Shown here piece after piece: positions 1 through 8,783 of a stretch of DNA of 64,000 nt. This DNA comes from an uncultured bacterium (GTDB taxonomy: Bacteria > Patescibacteriota > Minisyncoccia > Moranbacterales > UBA2206): the NCBI GenBank assembly GCA_903831805.1, contig CAIKZD010000017.1, positions 12,358 to 76,357 on the forward strand, written 5' to 3'. The stretch's first letter is position 1, and each line of letters opens with the position of its first letter. The notes beneath the pieces were generated by a model. That model had not been told where the DNA came from, searched no databases, and saw nothing but the letters and a program-made list of their open reading frames with translations. The translations under genes and the position numbers were made by a program.

Positions 1-1
1 G

Positions 2-22
2 GGTATCAAGATCGAAGGTTAA
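2..22 (+). CDS. rplK: 3' end of 50S ribosomal protein L11 (partial)
   Basis: Reads GIKIEG-stop, the typical L11 C-terminus, directly upstream of rplA. Confidence 0.7.
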   Translation, partial: GIKIEG

Positions 23-34
23 TCAATTTAATTT

Positions 35-65
35 GTGGGAGATTTATACTAATCGCTATCACCAC
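35..65 (+). promoter_or_regulatory. Probable L1-binding autoregulatory RNA element
   Basis: GTGGGAG...ACCAC stem with internal loop just before the rplA start, matching the known L1 operator pattern. Confidence 0.6.
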
Positions 66-74
66 GAAAAATAT

Positions 75-764
75 ATGAAACACGGAAAAAAGTATCGAGC
101 AGTGGCCGAAAAATTTGATAAGTATAAGATGTATTCCTTGGAAGAAGCCATCAAATTCTTGAAAGAGAACAAGGTTTCTAAATTCGATGAGTCCGTAGAA
201 GTGCACATCAAGACGAATGTTGACCCGAAGAAAACCGATCAACAATTGCGTGGCACGACTGAACTGCCACATGGCACTGGTAAGACCAAAAGAATTGTAG
301 TTATCACGACCACGCATGCGGCCGATGCCAAGGAGGCGGGGGCTGACGCGGTAGTGGGGGATGAATTTATCGAAAAAATCAAATCCGGCAAAGCTTTTGT
401 GGGAAAAGATGCTTTTGATATTTTGGTGGCTACCCCGGAAATGATGCCGAAACTGGCACCAGTGGCCAAAATCCTGGGACCGAAGGGCCTGATGCCAAAT
501 CCAAAAACCGAAACTGTCACCACCAAAATCAAAGAAACGGTCAAAGCGCTGAAAGGTGGCAAAGTGGCTTTCAAAAATGACAATGGCGCTATTGTGCATC
601 AAGTGGTCGGAAAATTGTCCTTCGATGATGCAAAATTGGTTGAAAATATCACTTCTTTTATTGCGAGCCTGGAAAAATTCAAACCGGCTAAGATGAAAGG
701 TAAATTAGTAACGAGAGTGAGTCTTTCTTCTACGATGGGTGTCGGCATGAAAATCAGCTTGTAA
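75..764 (+). CDS. rplA: 50S ribosomal protein L1
   Basis: KFDESVEVH, LPHGTGK, ILGPKGLMPNPK, SSTMG motifs; start taken at MKHGKKY. Confidence 0.97.
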   Translation: MKHGKKYRAVAEKFDKYKMYSLEEAIKFLKENKVSKFDESVEVHIKTNVDPKKTDQQLRGTTELPHGTGKTKRIVVITTTHAADAKEAGADAVVGDEFIEKIKSGKAFVGKDAFDILVATPEMMPKLAPVAKILGPKGLMPNPKTETVTTKIKETVKALKGGKVAFKNDNGAIVHQVVGKLSFDDAKLVENITSFIASLEKFKPAKMKGKLVTRVSLSSTMGVGMKISL

Positions 765-783
765 AATTACTTTTGGATATCGC

Positions 784-810
784 GAAAAAGCGCCGGCAGG
801 GCGCTTTTTC
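784..810 (+). terminator. Intrinsic terminator
   Basis: gaaaaagcgcc-ggcag-ggcgctttttc hairpin. Confidence 0.75.
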
Positions 811-812
811 TA

Positions 813-841
813 TTGACGCTCAGGTATGTTTTTGCTATAAT
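813..841 (+). promoter_or_regulatory. Sigma70 promoter
   Basis: TTGACG-17-TATAAT with TG extension. Confidence 0.7.
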
Positions 842-879
842 CTTTGGGTGGTTAAATCTTTTTAATGAGTTTTAAAACA

Positions 880-1455
880 ATGGCAAAGAATAAAATCGTT
901 ATCGGGTTGATCGGAGAAAAAGGCGCCGGCAAAGGCACAGTTTCAGATTATTTAATTGAAAAATATGGCGCCGTGCATTATGGCACGTCCAAAATTTTGC
1001 GCCGTACCTTGGAAGACATCCATGTAAGTGTGACGCGTGACAATCTGGTGAAGCTGGCACTGGTGCTGAAAGAAGGCTATGGTCCGTCCATCATCATCGA
1101 TTCCTTGATCCAGGATATGGAAAAAGCTCAGTCGGACATCATCATCGCCGACGGCATCCGAATGCATGGGGACGTGGAACCTTTTCGCCAAAAATTCGGC
1201 CAGAACTTTTTCTTGGTGTATGTGACGGCTGATTTGAAATTGCGCTACGCGCGCACTAAAGCTAGAAAACAAAATGCCGGTGAAGGTGAAGCAACACTGG
1301 AAGAATTTTTGGAAGAAGAAGGACGGCTCACAGAAGTGTCCATCCATGAAATCGGTCGCCAAGCGGATTTCAAGATGAACAACAACGGCACAGCCGAAGA
1401 ACTGATCGCCCAGACGGAAGAGATGATGGGAAAGATCACGAATAAATACGAATAG
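880..1455 (+). CDS. P-loop NMP kinase-like protein (dNMP kinase / dephospho-CoA kinase-like)
   Basis: GLIGEKGAGKGT Walker A, DGIR motif, ADFKMNNNGT C-terminus. Confidence 0.8.
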   Translation: MAKNKIVIGLIGEKGAGKGTVSDYLIEKYGAVHYGTSKILRRTLEDIHVSVTRDNLVKLALVLKEGYGPSIIIDSLIQDMEKAQSDIIIADGIRMHGDVEPFRQKFGQNFFLVYVTADLKLRYARTKARKQNAGEGEATLEEFLEEEGRLTEVSIHEIGRQADFKMNNNGTAEELIAQTEEMMGKITNKYE

Positions 1456-1624
1456 AAAACGAATATATACAAACGAATTTACGAACACCTCTGAATAGGG
1501 GGTGTTTTTTTATGCTGATTATGGCGAAGTATGTCAATTTTGACCAGAGGAGAGAAAGATAGTAAAATTAAGGAACCCCCTATGAAAAGAAAGGAGAGAT
1601 AATTAAAAGTTAAAAAATAAAAAA

Positions 1625-2194
1625 ATGGCCAATAAGAAAAAATTTAAGAGTACTAGGATAGGCTGGGATGAAACTTTTATGAATATGGCTACATTGCTGA
1701 CGCGAAGGGTTTCTTGCATCGTTGTGAAAACTGCCGCTGTCTATGTCGACGCTAATCACAGAGTGGTTTCTTTAGGATATAACGGTCCGGTCAAAGGCGG
1801 GTATAATTGTGACGAAGTGGGGTGTGCCAAAATAGACGGTAATCCGAAGACGGGAAAGTTGGAACGATGCCGTGGAGCACACGCGGAAATAAATGGAATA
1901 ATCAATGCAATCAATCCAAGAACATTGGAAGGCGCCACTCTTTATACTGTAAAATATCCTTGCTTTGATTGTATGAAAGCCTTGGCCAATGCGGGAATAA
2001 AAGAAATCGTTTACTACGAAAAATATTTAAGAACGCAAACCGGCGGTGAGAAGTTTGAAGAAGAGACTGAGTCTGAAGACTTGGCGAAAATGAAAAAAAT
2101 AAAAGTTAGGAAATTCAAGGGTGAAGTTCTTTGTTTGCCAGCCGAGAGTTTTGATTCTAAAGAGAATAAAAAAAGAGAAAAAGCGTGCTGTTAA
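1625..2194 (+). CDS. dCMP deaminase family protein
   Basis: WDETFM, GYNG, HAE and PCFDC zinc motifs. Confidence 0.92.
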   Translation: MANKKKFKSTRIGWDETFMNMATLLTRRVSCIVVKTAAVYVDANHRVVSLGYNGPVKGGYNCDEVGCAKIDGNPKTGKLERCRGAHAEINGIINAINPRTLEGATLYTVKYPCFDCMKALANAGIKEIVYYEKYLRTQTGGEKFEEETESEDLAKMKKIKVRKFKGEVLCLPAESFDSKENKKREKACC

Positions 2195-2215
2195 TTATTT
2201 AGCTTTAAAATTTTT

Positions 2216-3205
2216 ATGTTGCAAGAAAAAAAACATCCTGAGTATCAATATTTGGAACTTTGCCAAGACATCCTGGACAATGGAACCGCGCAGACTGATC
2301 TTGGCACAGGCGTAGTGACTCATAGTCTCTTTGGTCGTCAGATCAGATTCGATCTTGCTGAGGGTTTTCCATTGCTAACTACCAAAAAAGTCTACTGGAA
2401 AGGTGTTTTGCAAGAGCTCTATTGGTTCTTGTCCGGTCAATCCAATATCAAATATCTCGTGGATAATAATGTGCATATCTGGGATGATTATCCATATAAG
2501 ATTTACCGTGAATTGATGGAAAAAAAGGAAGTACCGGAGATGACCAAGGAAGAATTTGTTGAAAAAATCGCCACGGATGATGAATTTGCCGAGCAATATG
2601 GAAAATTGAAACATATCTATGGAGAGATGTGGCGACATTGGCCGGCCAAAGATGGACGTGGAATCGATCAAGTGCAATGGATTGTGGATGAGATGAGAAA
2701 GGATCCTGATTGTCATAATGCTATTGTCAATTCCTGGAACCCGGAATTTCTTTATGCCATGGCTAAGCCGGAAGAAGCTTCACGCTTTCCAATCTGCCAC
2801 AATATGTATCAATGCAGTGTTAGCAAGGGTAGGCTTTCCTTACAGCTCTATCAGAGAAGTGCGGATATTTTCTTGGGTGTGCCGTTCAATATTGCTAGTT
2901 ATGCGTTGCTCACTATAATTTTAGCTAAAGTGACGGGTAATCAGCCAGGCGAATTCATCCATACCTTTGGAGATGTACATGTGTACGAAAAACATATTGA
3001 AGCGGTCAAAGAACAATTGGCGCGTGAGCCATTGCCGTTTTCCAAAATAACAATTTCTGATGAGGTGAAAGAGTTGGATGATTTCCGTCCGGAGCATGTC
3101 ACGTTGGAAAATTATGCCGCCCATCCGCCAATCAAAGCCGAATTGGCGCCGACCGGGGGACTTGTGACGAAGAATTGGAAAGAATTTGTGCAGAAAAAAT
3201 CATAA
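2216..3205 (+). CDS. thyA: Thymidylate synthase
   Basis: FPLLTTKK, PICH, LYQRSADIFLGVPFNIASY, GDVHVY. Confidence 0.97.
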   Translation: MLQEKKHPEYQYLELCQDILDNGTAQTDLGTGVVTHSLFGRQIRFDLAEGFPLLTTKKVYWKGVLQELYWFLSGQSNIKYLVDNNVHIWDDYPYKIYRELMEKKEVPEMTKEEFVEKIATDDEFAEQYGKLKHIYGEMWRHWPAKDGRGIDQVQWIVDEMRKDPDCHNAIVNSWNPEFLYAMAKPEEASRFPICHNMYQCSVSKGRLSLQLYQRSADIFLGVPFNIASYALLTIILAKVTGNQPGEFIHTFGDVHVYEKHIEAVKEQLAREPLPFSKITISDEVKELDDFRPEHVTLENYAAHPPIKAELAPTGGLVTKNWKEFVQKKS

Positions 3206-3215
3206 ATATAAAACA

Positions 3216-3716
3216 ATGAAAATCATTTTGGTTATGGCTGCGACGCTCGATGGCAGGATTGCGAAATCGAGTGATCATTTTCCGGATTGGACGAGTAGGG
3301 AAGATAAGAAATTTTTCCAGCGAGTTTCCAAAGAAGCTAGGGTGGTCATTATGGGCGATAAAACCTTTGCCACTTTTCCATCTCCGTTGAAAGATAGGCT
3401 GAATGTGGTTTTTACGATGGAAGAAAATAAGCCAATGATAGAAGGAGTTAAATGGGTGAAAGGCGAGCCGGCAGATGTGATAGCCGAATTGGAAAAAATG
3501 GGATACGAAACGGCGATTTTAGGCGGCGGTGCATTTGTTAATGGAATGTTTCTGGAGAAAAAGTTAGTGGACGAAATTTATGTGACCATTGAGCCGAAAA
3601 TCTTTGGTGATGGCATATCACTTTTTAAGGGAGATTTTGACGTTAATTTGAAACTGAAAGAAATAGAGAAAATCAATGACGATGCGGTGGTGTTGAAGTA
3701 TGAGGTGGTAAAATAA
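3216..3716 (+). CDS. folA: Dihydrofolate reductase family
   Basis: TLDGRIA, VIMGDKTF, PLKDRLNVV, ILGGG; follows thyA. Confidence 0.85.
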   Translation: MKIILVMAATLDGRIAKSSDHFPDWTSREDKKFFQRVSKEARVVIMGDKTFATFPSPLKDRLNVVFTMEENKPMIEGVKWVKGEPADVIAELEKMGYETAILGGGAFVNGMFLEKKLVDEIYVTIEPKIFGDGISLFKGDFDVNLKLKEIEKINDDAVVLKYEVVK

Positions 3717-3734
3717 TATTTTATTGTATAGAAT

Positions 3735-4571
3735 ATGAAAGATGTTTTATATGTACCAGGAGGATTTGATGTTTTGCATTCTGATCATAAAAAATATATA
3801 AAAAAATGTTTCAATGCAGTTTCTAAACAATTTAAAATTGATAAGGTCATAATTGGTTTGATTTCCGATAATGATCTTCAGGTCAAAGGGAAAGAAAGAC
3901 CAATATTTTCCTATGAGTGGAGAAAGGAAGATTTAATTGATTGGGCCAAAAATAACTTTAAAGATGTTGAATTTGAGGTTGAAAAATTAAATACATCTTG
4001 TTTCAAAAAATTTCCTCAAAATGATAAGATACTCAAAAGAATTATTACAATAAGTAGTGAACATAAGAATAGCCTTCCAATCAAAGAGCTTTGCGATTGG
4101 CATCCAAAAGTTTTTTTTATTAATCCGACTGGGAAGAAGCATACTTCCGATATTCCAGATAGAATAGAGAAAATGAAAAAACTATCGGGGTGTTTTATTA
4201 GAAAAGTATCCGCAATAGTAGTGAGAAGTGGAGATATAGTTAAAATAACGAAAAATGGCACAAGTAAGAAATGTCTAGAAAATAATTGTGACAAATATAA
4301 AGACCTTATTGCAAAGTATAAAAGAACAGGGAAAAAGATGCCTTCGGATGTGCCTTGCGATTTCCCTCATGCCGAGATTAGAGCATTAGGCTATTCAAAA
4401 AATGGTGACGATATGGTCATAGCTAGTTCGCCTTGTATGCAATGTGCGGAAGGGATAGTATCAAAAAAAATTAGAAGAGTAGTTTATTTTGAGGAGTATC
4501 ATGATTTTACACCAATTGTCTTTTTAAAGAAGCATGGAGTTGCATGCAGAAAGGCTGGTGTTAATAAATAA
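3735..4571 (+). CDS. Fusion of cytidylyltransferase-like (HxGH superfamily) domain and zinc-dependent deaminase domain
   Basis: N-terminal GGFDVLHSDH and KGKERPIFSYEWR; C-terminal HAE...SPCMQC...RVVYFEEY; visibly AT-rich. Confidence 0.75.
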   Translation: MKDVLYVPGGFDVLHSDHKKYIKKCFNAVSKQFKIDKVIIGLISDNDLQVKGKERPIFSYEWRKEDLIDWAKNNFKDVEFEVEKLNTSCFKKFPQNDKILKRIITISSEHKNSLPIKELCDWHPKVFFINPTGKKHTSDIPDRIEKMKKLSGCFIRKVSAIVVRSGDIVKITKNGTSKKCLENNCDKYKDLIAKYKRTGKKMPSDVPCDFPHAEIRALGYSKNGDDMVIASSPCMQCAEGIVSKKIRRVVYFEEYHDFTPIVFLKKHGVACRKAGVNK

Positions 4572-4590
4572 TTTATTAATAAATAGTGTT

Positions 4591-5259
4591 ATGAAATACG
4601 AAGTAGAAATCAAAAGTCTTTTGCAAACTAACGAAAATGCGCAGAAGTTGCGGGATAAGTTGGCTGAACAGGGGATTGAAATAAAAAATAAGTACAAACA
4701 ACTTAATCACTATTTTCTGAACGACGGGGATTTCACTAAATTAGAAGAAGAGTTGTTACCTTTGTTTTCTGATGAGAAAAAAGAAAAACTGAAGAAAATT
4801 TTAGAAGAAGGCCAGAACCATTCTTTGAGAACTAGAGAGATGAACGGCGAGGCATTCTTTGTGATCAAAGCCTCGGTGGATGATACCACTTCGTCCAATG
4901 GAATTTTGCGCATGGAATTTGAAGAGACGGCTGGCATTTCCATGGACGCACTGAACAAGCTTTTGGAAGAGGCGGGATTTTCCTATCAAGCTAAATGGTC
5001 GCGAGAAAGAGAGGAATATGGCAAAGATGATTTCTATATCACGATCGACAAGAACGCTGGCTATGGATTTTTGTCGGAGTTTGAGATTCAGACGGAAGAC
5101 CAAGAAAAATTAGGCGAGACGAAACAGCGAATTGTGGATTTCATGGGAGATCTTGGGCTCCAAGAACTTTCTCAAGATCGTCTGGAACGGATGTTCAAGT
5201 TCTACAACGAAAACTGGCGTGAATATTACGGCACGGAGAATGTTTTTAATGTGGAGTAG
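4591..5259 (+). CDS. CYTH domain protein (triphosphate tunnel metalloenzyme)
   Basis: N-terminal EVEIK (ExExK), QLNHYF, LRTR, GYGFLSEFE. Confidence 0.85.
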   Translation: MKYEVEIKSLLQTNENAQKLRDKLAEQGIEIKNKYKQLNHYFLNDGDFTKLEEELLPLFSDEKKEKLKKILEEGQNHSLRTREMNGEAFFVIKASVDDTTSSNGILRMEFEETAGISMDALNKLLEEAGFSYQAKWSREREEYGKDDFYITIDKNAGYGFLSEFEIQTEDQEKLGETKQRIVDFMGDLGLQELSQDRLERMFKFYNENWREYYGTENVFNVE

Positions 5260-5329
5260 CCAAATATTGCTAAATTCTGGCATATTGGCTAGAATGGTAG
5301 AGAAGAATAATAGTTAGATATATTTAGAT

Positions 5330-6895
5330 ATGGCCAAATATACACCGGTTATCGGGATGGAAGTGCATGTGGAGTTGAAGACTGCTTCGAAGATGTTTTG
5401 TGATTCCAAGAACGGGATGGGAGAGGAGCGCGAGCCGAATGTGAATATCTGTCCGGTCTGTACCGGGCAACCGGGGACTTTGCCGGTGCCAAATGTTCAA
5501 GCCATTGAATTTGTACAATTGGCCGGTTTGGCTTTGGGTTGCACTTTGCGGTTGGATTCCAAATTTGACCGCAAGAACTATTTCTATCCGGATCTGCCGA
5601 AGGGCTACCAGATTTCGCAATATGATCAACCGTTGTGCGAAAAAGGAAAGCTAAGAATTGATGGGAAAGAAATCGGCGTGACTAGAATTCATTTGGAAGA
5701 AGACACGGGGAAACTCATTCATCCGAAAGGCGTGAATTATACCTTAGTTGATTTCAATCGGGCTGGTGTGCCTCTCATGGAACTGGTGACGGAACCGGAC
5801 ATTGAGACGGGCGAAGAGGCGCGCTTGTTCTGTCAGAAGCTGCAACAGATCTGCCGCTATTTGGAAATTTCGGACGCGGATATGGAGAAAGGCCACATGC
5901 GTTGTGAAGCTAACATCTCGCTCTACAAAGAAGGGGAAGACAAATTGTCCGGCACCAAAGTGGAAGTGAAAAACATCAATAGTTTTAAATTTGTGGAAAA
6001 AGCCATTGCTTTTGAAATTGAACGTCAGACGGAACTTTTGGATAAGGGCAAAGAAATTGTGCAGGAGACGCGCGGCTGGGATGCTAATCGCGGCGAAACA
6101 GTGTCACAAAGAAAAAAGGAATCGGCCCATGACTATCGCTATTTCCCCGAGCCGGACATTCCACCGCTCAAGTTTGATGAAAATTATGTCGAAGCGCTGC
6201 GCCGGAAATTGCCGGAACTACCGGACGCTAAAATTGCTCGGTTTGAAAAGGAATATGCATTGCCGAAAAGTGACGTGGAAATTTTAACGGCCGATAAAGA
6301 AATGGCGGAATATTTTGAAGAAGTGGCGAGTGAAATAAAAGAAAAAATTTCCTGCCATGAGATTGAAGCGGCGGAAAACAAAGCCTTGAAATTGGCCGCC
6401 AACTATATCATTACCGAACTCAGGAAACATTTGTCAGAACATAATCATAGTATGGCAGACATTAAAATTACTCCGGAGAATTATGCGGAATTGGTGGGGC
6501 TAGTAGCTTGCGGGAAGATTAATTCCACCGCCGCGCAAACAGTATTAGCAGAAATGTACAAAACCGGTGGTGATCCTTCGCAGATAATTTCCGAAAAGAA
6601 TTTAGCACAAATGGACGGTGGAGATGAAATGGAGGCCATGGTGGAAAAAGTCTTGGCAGCCAATGCGGCTTCGGTGGCGGATTTCAAAGCCGGCAAAGAG
6701 AACGCGTTGAAATTTTTGATGGGACAAGTGATGTCGGCTACGCAAGGAAGAGCTAATCCTATGGCTGTTAATGAATTACTTAGAAAGAAATTATCAGGCA
6801 GTACAGATGTCAGATCCGCCTCTGGCGGAAAAGAATCGGGCGGCAAAGCCAATCCGAGCGCAGCCATGGAAATGATTAAGAAAAAAATTACATAG
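5330..6895 (+). CDS. gatB: Asp/Glu-tRNA amidotransferase subunit B, with extended C-terminus
   Basis: IGMEVHVEL, FDRKNYFYPDLPKGYQISQ, DYRYFPEPD. Confidence 0.97.
   Translation: MAKYTPVIGMEVHVELKTASKMFCDSKNGMGEEREPNVNICPVCTGQPGTLPVPNVQAIEFVQLAGLALGCTLRLDSKFDRKNYFYPDLPKGYQISQYDQPLCEKGKLRIDGKEIGVTRIHLEEDTGKLIHPKGVNYTLVDFNRAGVPLMELVTEPDIETGEEARLFCQKLQQICRYLEISDADMEKGHMRCEANISLYKEGEDKLSGTKVEVKNINSFKFVEKAIAFEIERQTELLDKGKEIVQETRGWDANRGETVSQRKKESAHDYRYFPEPDIPPLKFDENYVEALRRKLPELPDAKIARFEKEYALPKSDVEILTADKEMAEYFEEVASEIKEKISCHEIEAAENKALKLAANYIITELRKHLSEHNHSMADIKITPENYAELVGLVACGKINSTAAQTVLAEMYKTGGDPSQIISEKNLAQMDGGDEMEAMVEKVLAANAASVADFKAGKENALKFLMGQVMSATQGRANPMAVNELLRKKLSGSTDVRSASGGKESGGKANPSAAMEMIKKKIT
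6815..6829. repeat. TCCGCC-TCT-GGCGGA mini-palindrome in frame in gatB (SASGG)
   Basis: Related TCCCGCC-TT-GGCGGGA at 21749-21764. Confidence 0.6.
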
Positions 6896-6996
6896 CATTA
6901 AAAAAGCTTTCCCATTGACGGAAAGTTTTTTTGAGATAAGGTGGGGAGAAGTTAAAAGAAAGAAGGATGAACCTTAACAAAATAGATGGAGGGAAT

Positions 6997-7235
6997 ATGT
7001 TGGAGCTCTGTGGGAACAAATATGAGGCGCAGTGTATAGGTGTAGATTTATGATCTGGGCAAGGTATGGTGGAAGGTGGTGGGGAATTATATCCATAGAG
7101 CAGATAAGAAGGAGTGCTCTATCGGAGTTGAATGATGGCATAGTAACGGCGTATCCTCGGGAACTAAAAGCACTTGTAAAAGAAAAAATAGGCAAGTTGG
7201 GAGGGGTTTTCTGTCCGACTTGTATGGCAAAATAA
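6997..7235 (+). pseudogene. Possible frameshifted small zinc-ribbon ORFan
   Basis: SD GGAGG plus ATG 6997 ORF stops after 18 codons; a -1 shift near 7040 joins the 7032-7235 frame giving two CxxC motifs. Confidence 0.35.
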
Positions 7236-7447
7236 AAAATCAACCAAAGAGGTTATGTATGCAGACTGCCAGAAATGCCTGCCATATGGGTGGCATGAAG
7301 GGACGCGAGAATGGGATGGTGAAAATTATCATCCCGCGGGATGTTGCCTGGGAGGAGGTTACCTCCCATGATTTATCTAATCTGAATGCCGGAGGTGTTA
7401 ACGCTCCCAAGGGCATGAGGATTGTAGAGATTGAACGCAAAAAGTGA
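7220..7447 (+). CDS. Hypothetical small protein
   Basis: ORF followed by hairpin 7452-7483; start uncertain. Confidence 0.35.
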   Translation: MYGKIKNQPKRLCMQTARNACHMGGMKGRENGMVKIIIPRDVAWEEVTSHDLSNLNAGGVNAPKGMRIVEIERKK

Positions 7448-7510
7448 GAGTGAGGCGGCTGGTCCAATTGGATCAGTCGCCTCGAATTATTTTCTAGAGT
7501 AATAAAGGCT

Positions 7511-7546
7511 GGCGAACGGTCCGCTGATTACAGCGAACAGTCCGCT
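7511..7546. repeat. 36-bp double-palindrome element (family C), intergenic
   Basis: Near-identical to 62327-62362 inside atpD. Confidence 0.85.
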
Positions 7547-7567
7547 ATTTGTGATAGGCAGGCTCTT

Positions 7568-8584
7568 CTAGGATAAAAATTTTTCCACTTCTTCTTCAAT
7601 TTTTTGATAATAATCTAGCCATACGATACGCGCATCTTTTTTAAACCACGTCAGCTGCCGTTTGGCATAATCTTTTTCGGCTAGGTATATTTTTTCCAAT
7701 AAGTCTTCTTCGGAAGTAATATGCCCGCGTAAAAATTGTGGAATAAGTTTGTAGCTCAAACCGAAGCTTTCCATTTTTTTCCAGCTGAGGCCAGTAGCAT
7801 GTAGTTTTTGCACTTCGTCTATCATCCCACCGGCAAATCTTTTTTGGACATTTGACTTGATTCTTTCGTGCAAGACTTCTTTTTCTCGCGCGATGCCGAT
7901 CTGGAGGAAGTCGTGCTGCGCTTGGCGTGGGAGTTCAACTCCCATTAGGGGAGTTGAACTCCCTGTTTTTATTTTTGGCACTTTGCCTATGGCTTTGCAG
8001 ATTTCAATCGCTCGAATCAGTCGCACTGGATTTTTGGCGTCGATAGTTTTGGCACGCTCGGGGTCTAATTTTTCGAGCATAGTGAAAAGTTCTTCTGTGG
8101 TTTTGTTACGTAGCATGCTACGTAACACCGGATCAGGCGCGACTTCGGGATAACTGACATTATCGACGATGGCTTTGATCCAAAAACCGGTCCCACCGGC
8201 GATGATGGGGACTTTTCCGCGCGATAGAATTTCGGCGATAACTTTGTCGGCATATTTTTTAAATTTGGCGGCGTTATATTCAGTCTTGGGACTGACGATG
8301 TCGATGCCATAATGGGGGATTCCTTCTGAAAGAAAGACGTTGCCCCCTCTGTCCCGACGAGTACATCGGGACGTCTCCCCCGAGTACAGGGGAGAAGGAA
8401 TTGGGTCAGACTCAATTTTTCCAGTGCCGATGTCCATGCCGCGATAAATCTGGCGGGAATCCGCGCTCAAAACTTCGCCGTTAAATTTTTTGGCCAGTGA
8501 AATAGCGGCCGAAGATTTGCCACTAGCAGTCGGACCGAGGATGACGATTATTTTAGGAGAAAGCCTCTTTTTTTTAGTGCTCAT
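7568..8584 (-). CDS. miaA: tRNA dimethylallyltransferase, two palindromic in-frame insertions
   Basis: GPTASGKS, DSRQIYRGMDIGTGK, GGTGFW, YAKRQLTWF. Confidence 0.96.
   Translation of the reverse strand: MSTKKKRLSPKIIVILGPTASGKSSAAISLAKKFNGEVLSADSRQIYRGMDIGTGKIESDPIPSPLYSGETSRCTRRDRGGNVFLSEGIPHYGIDIVSPKTEYNAAKFKKYADKVIAEILSRGKVPIIAGGTGFWIKAIVDNVSYPEVAPDPVLRSMLRNKTTEELFTMLEKLDPERAKTIDAKNPVRLIRAIEICKAIGKVPKIKTGSSTPLMGVELPRQAQHDFLQIGIAREKEVLHERIKSNVQKRFAGGMIDEVQKLHATGLSWKKMESFGLSYKLIPQFLRGHITSEEDLLEKIYLAEKDYAKRQLTWFKKDARIVWLDYYQKIEEEVEKFLS
7929..7963. repeat. Nested double palindrome in frame in miaA
   Basis: GGGAGTTCAACTCCC-attag-GGGAGTTGAACTCCC, encodes GSSTPLMGVELP. Confidence 0.9.
8342..8398. 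repeat. Family B two-hairpin element in frame in miaA
   Basis: Two AGTA-capped hairpins; aligns with 12722, 37822, 55758. Confidence 0.9.
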
Positions 8585-8783
8585 AAGATAGTGTAATAGT
8601 TTAGGTAAAACTAGCAAAAAAATTGATAAAGAGCAAGGAATTGTAGTCTTGACCAGGTGGCGATCTGGTTTGATTTAAAAAATATGAAATATTGTACGGC
8701 ATTTTTTTAAATGCTATAATAATGACGTGTAAAATGTCTAACAGAAAAATATAAAAATTTAAATTAGCAAATAAAATATTGAG

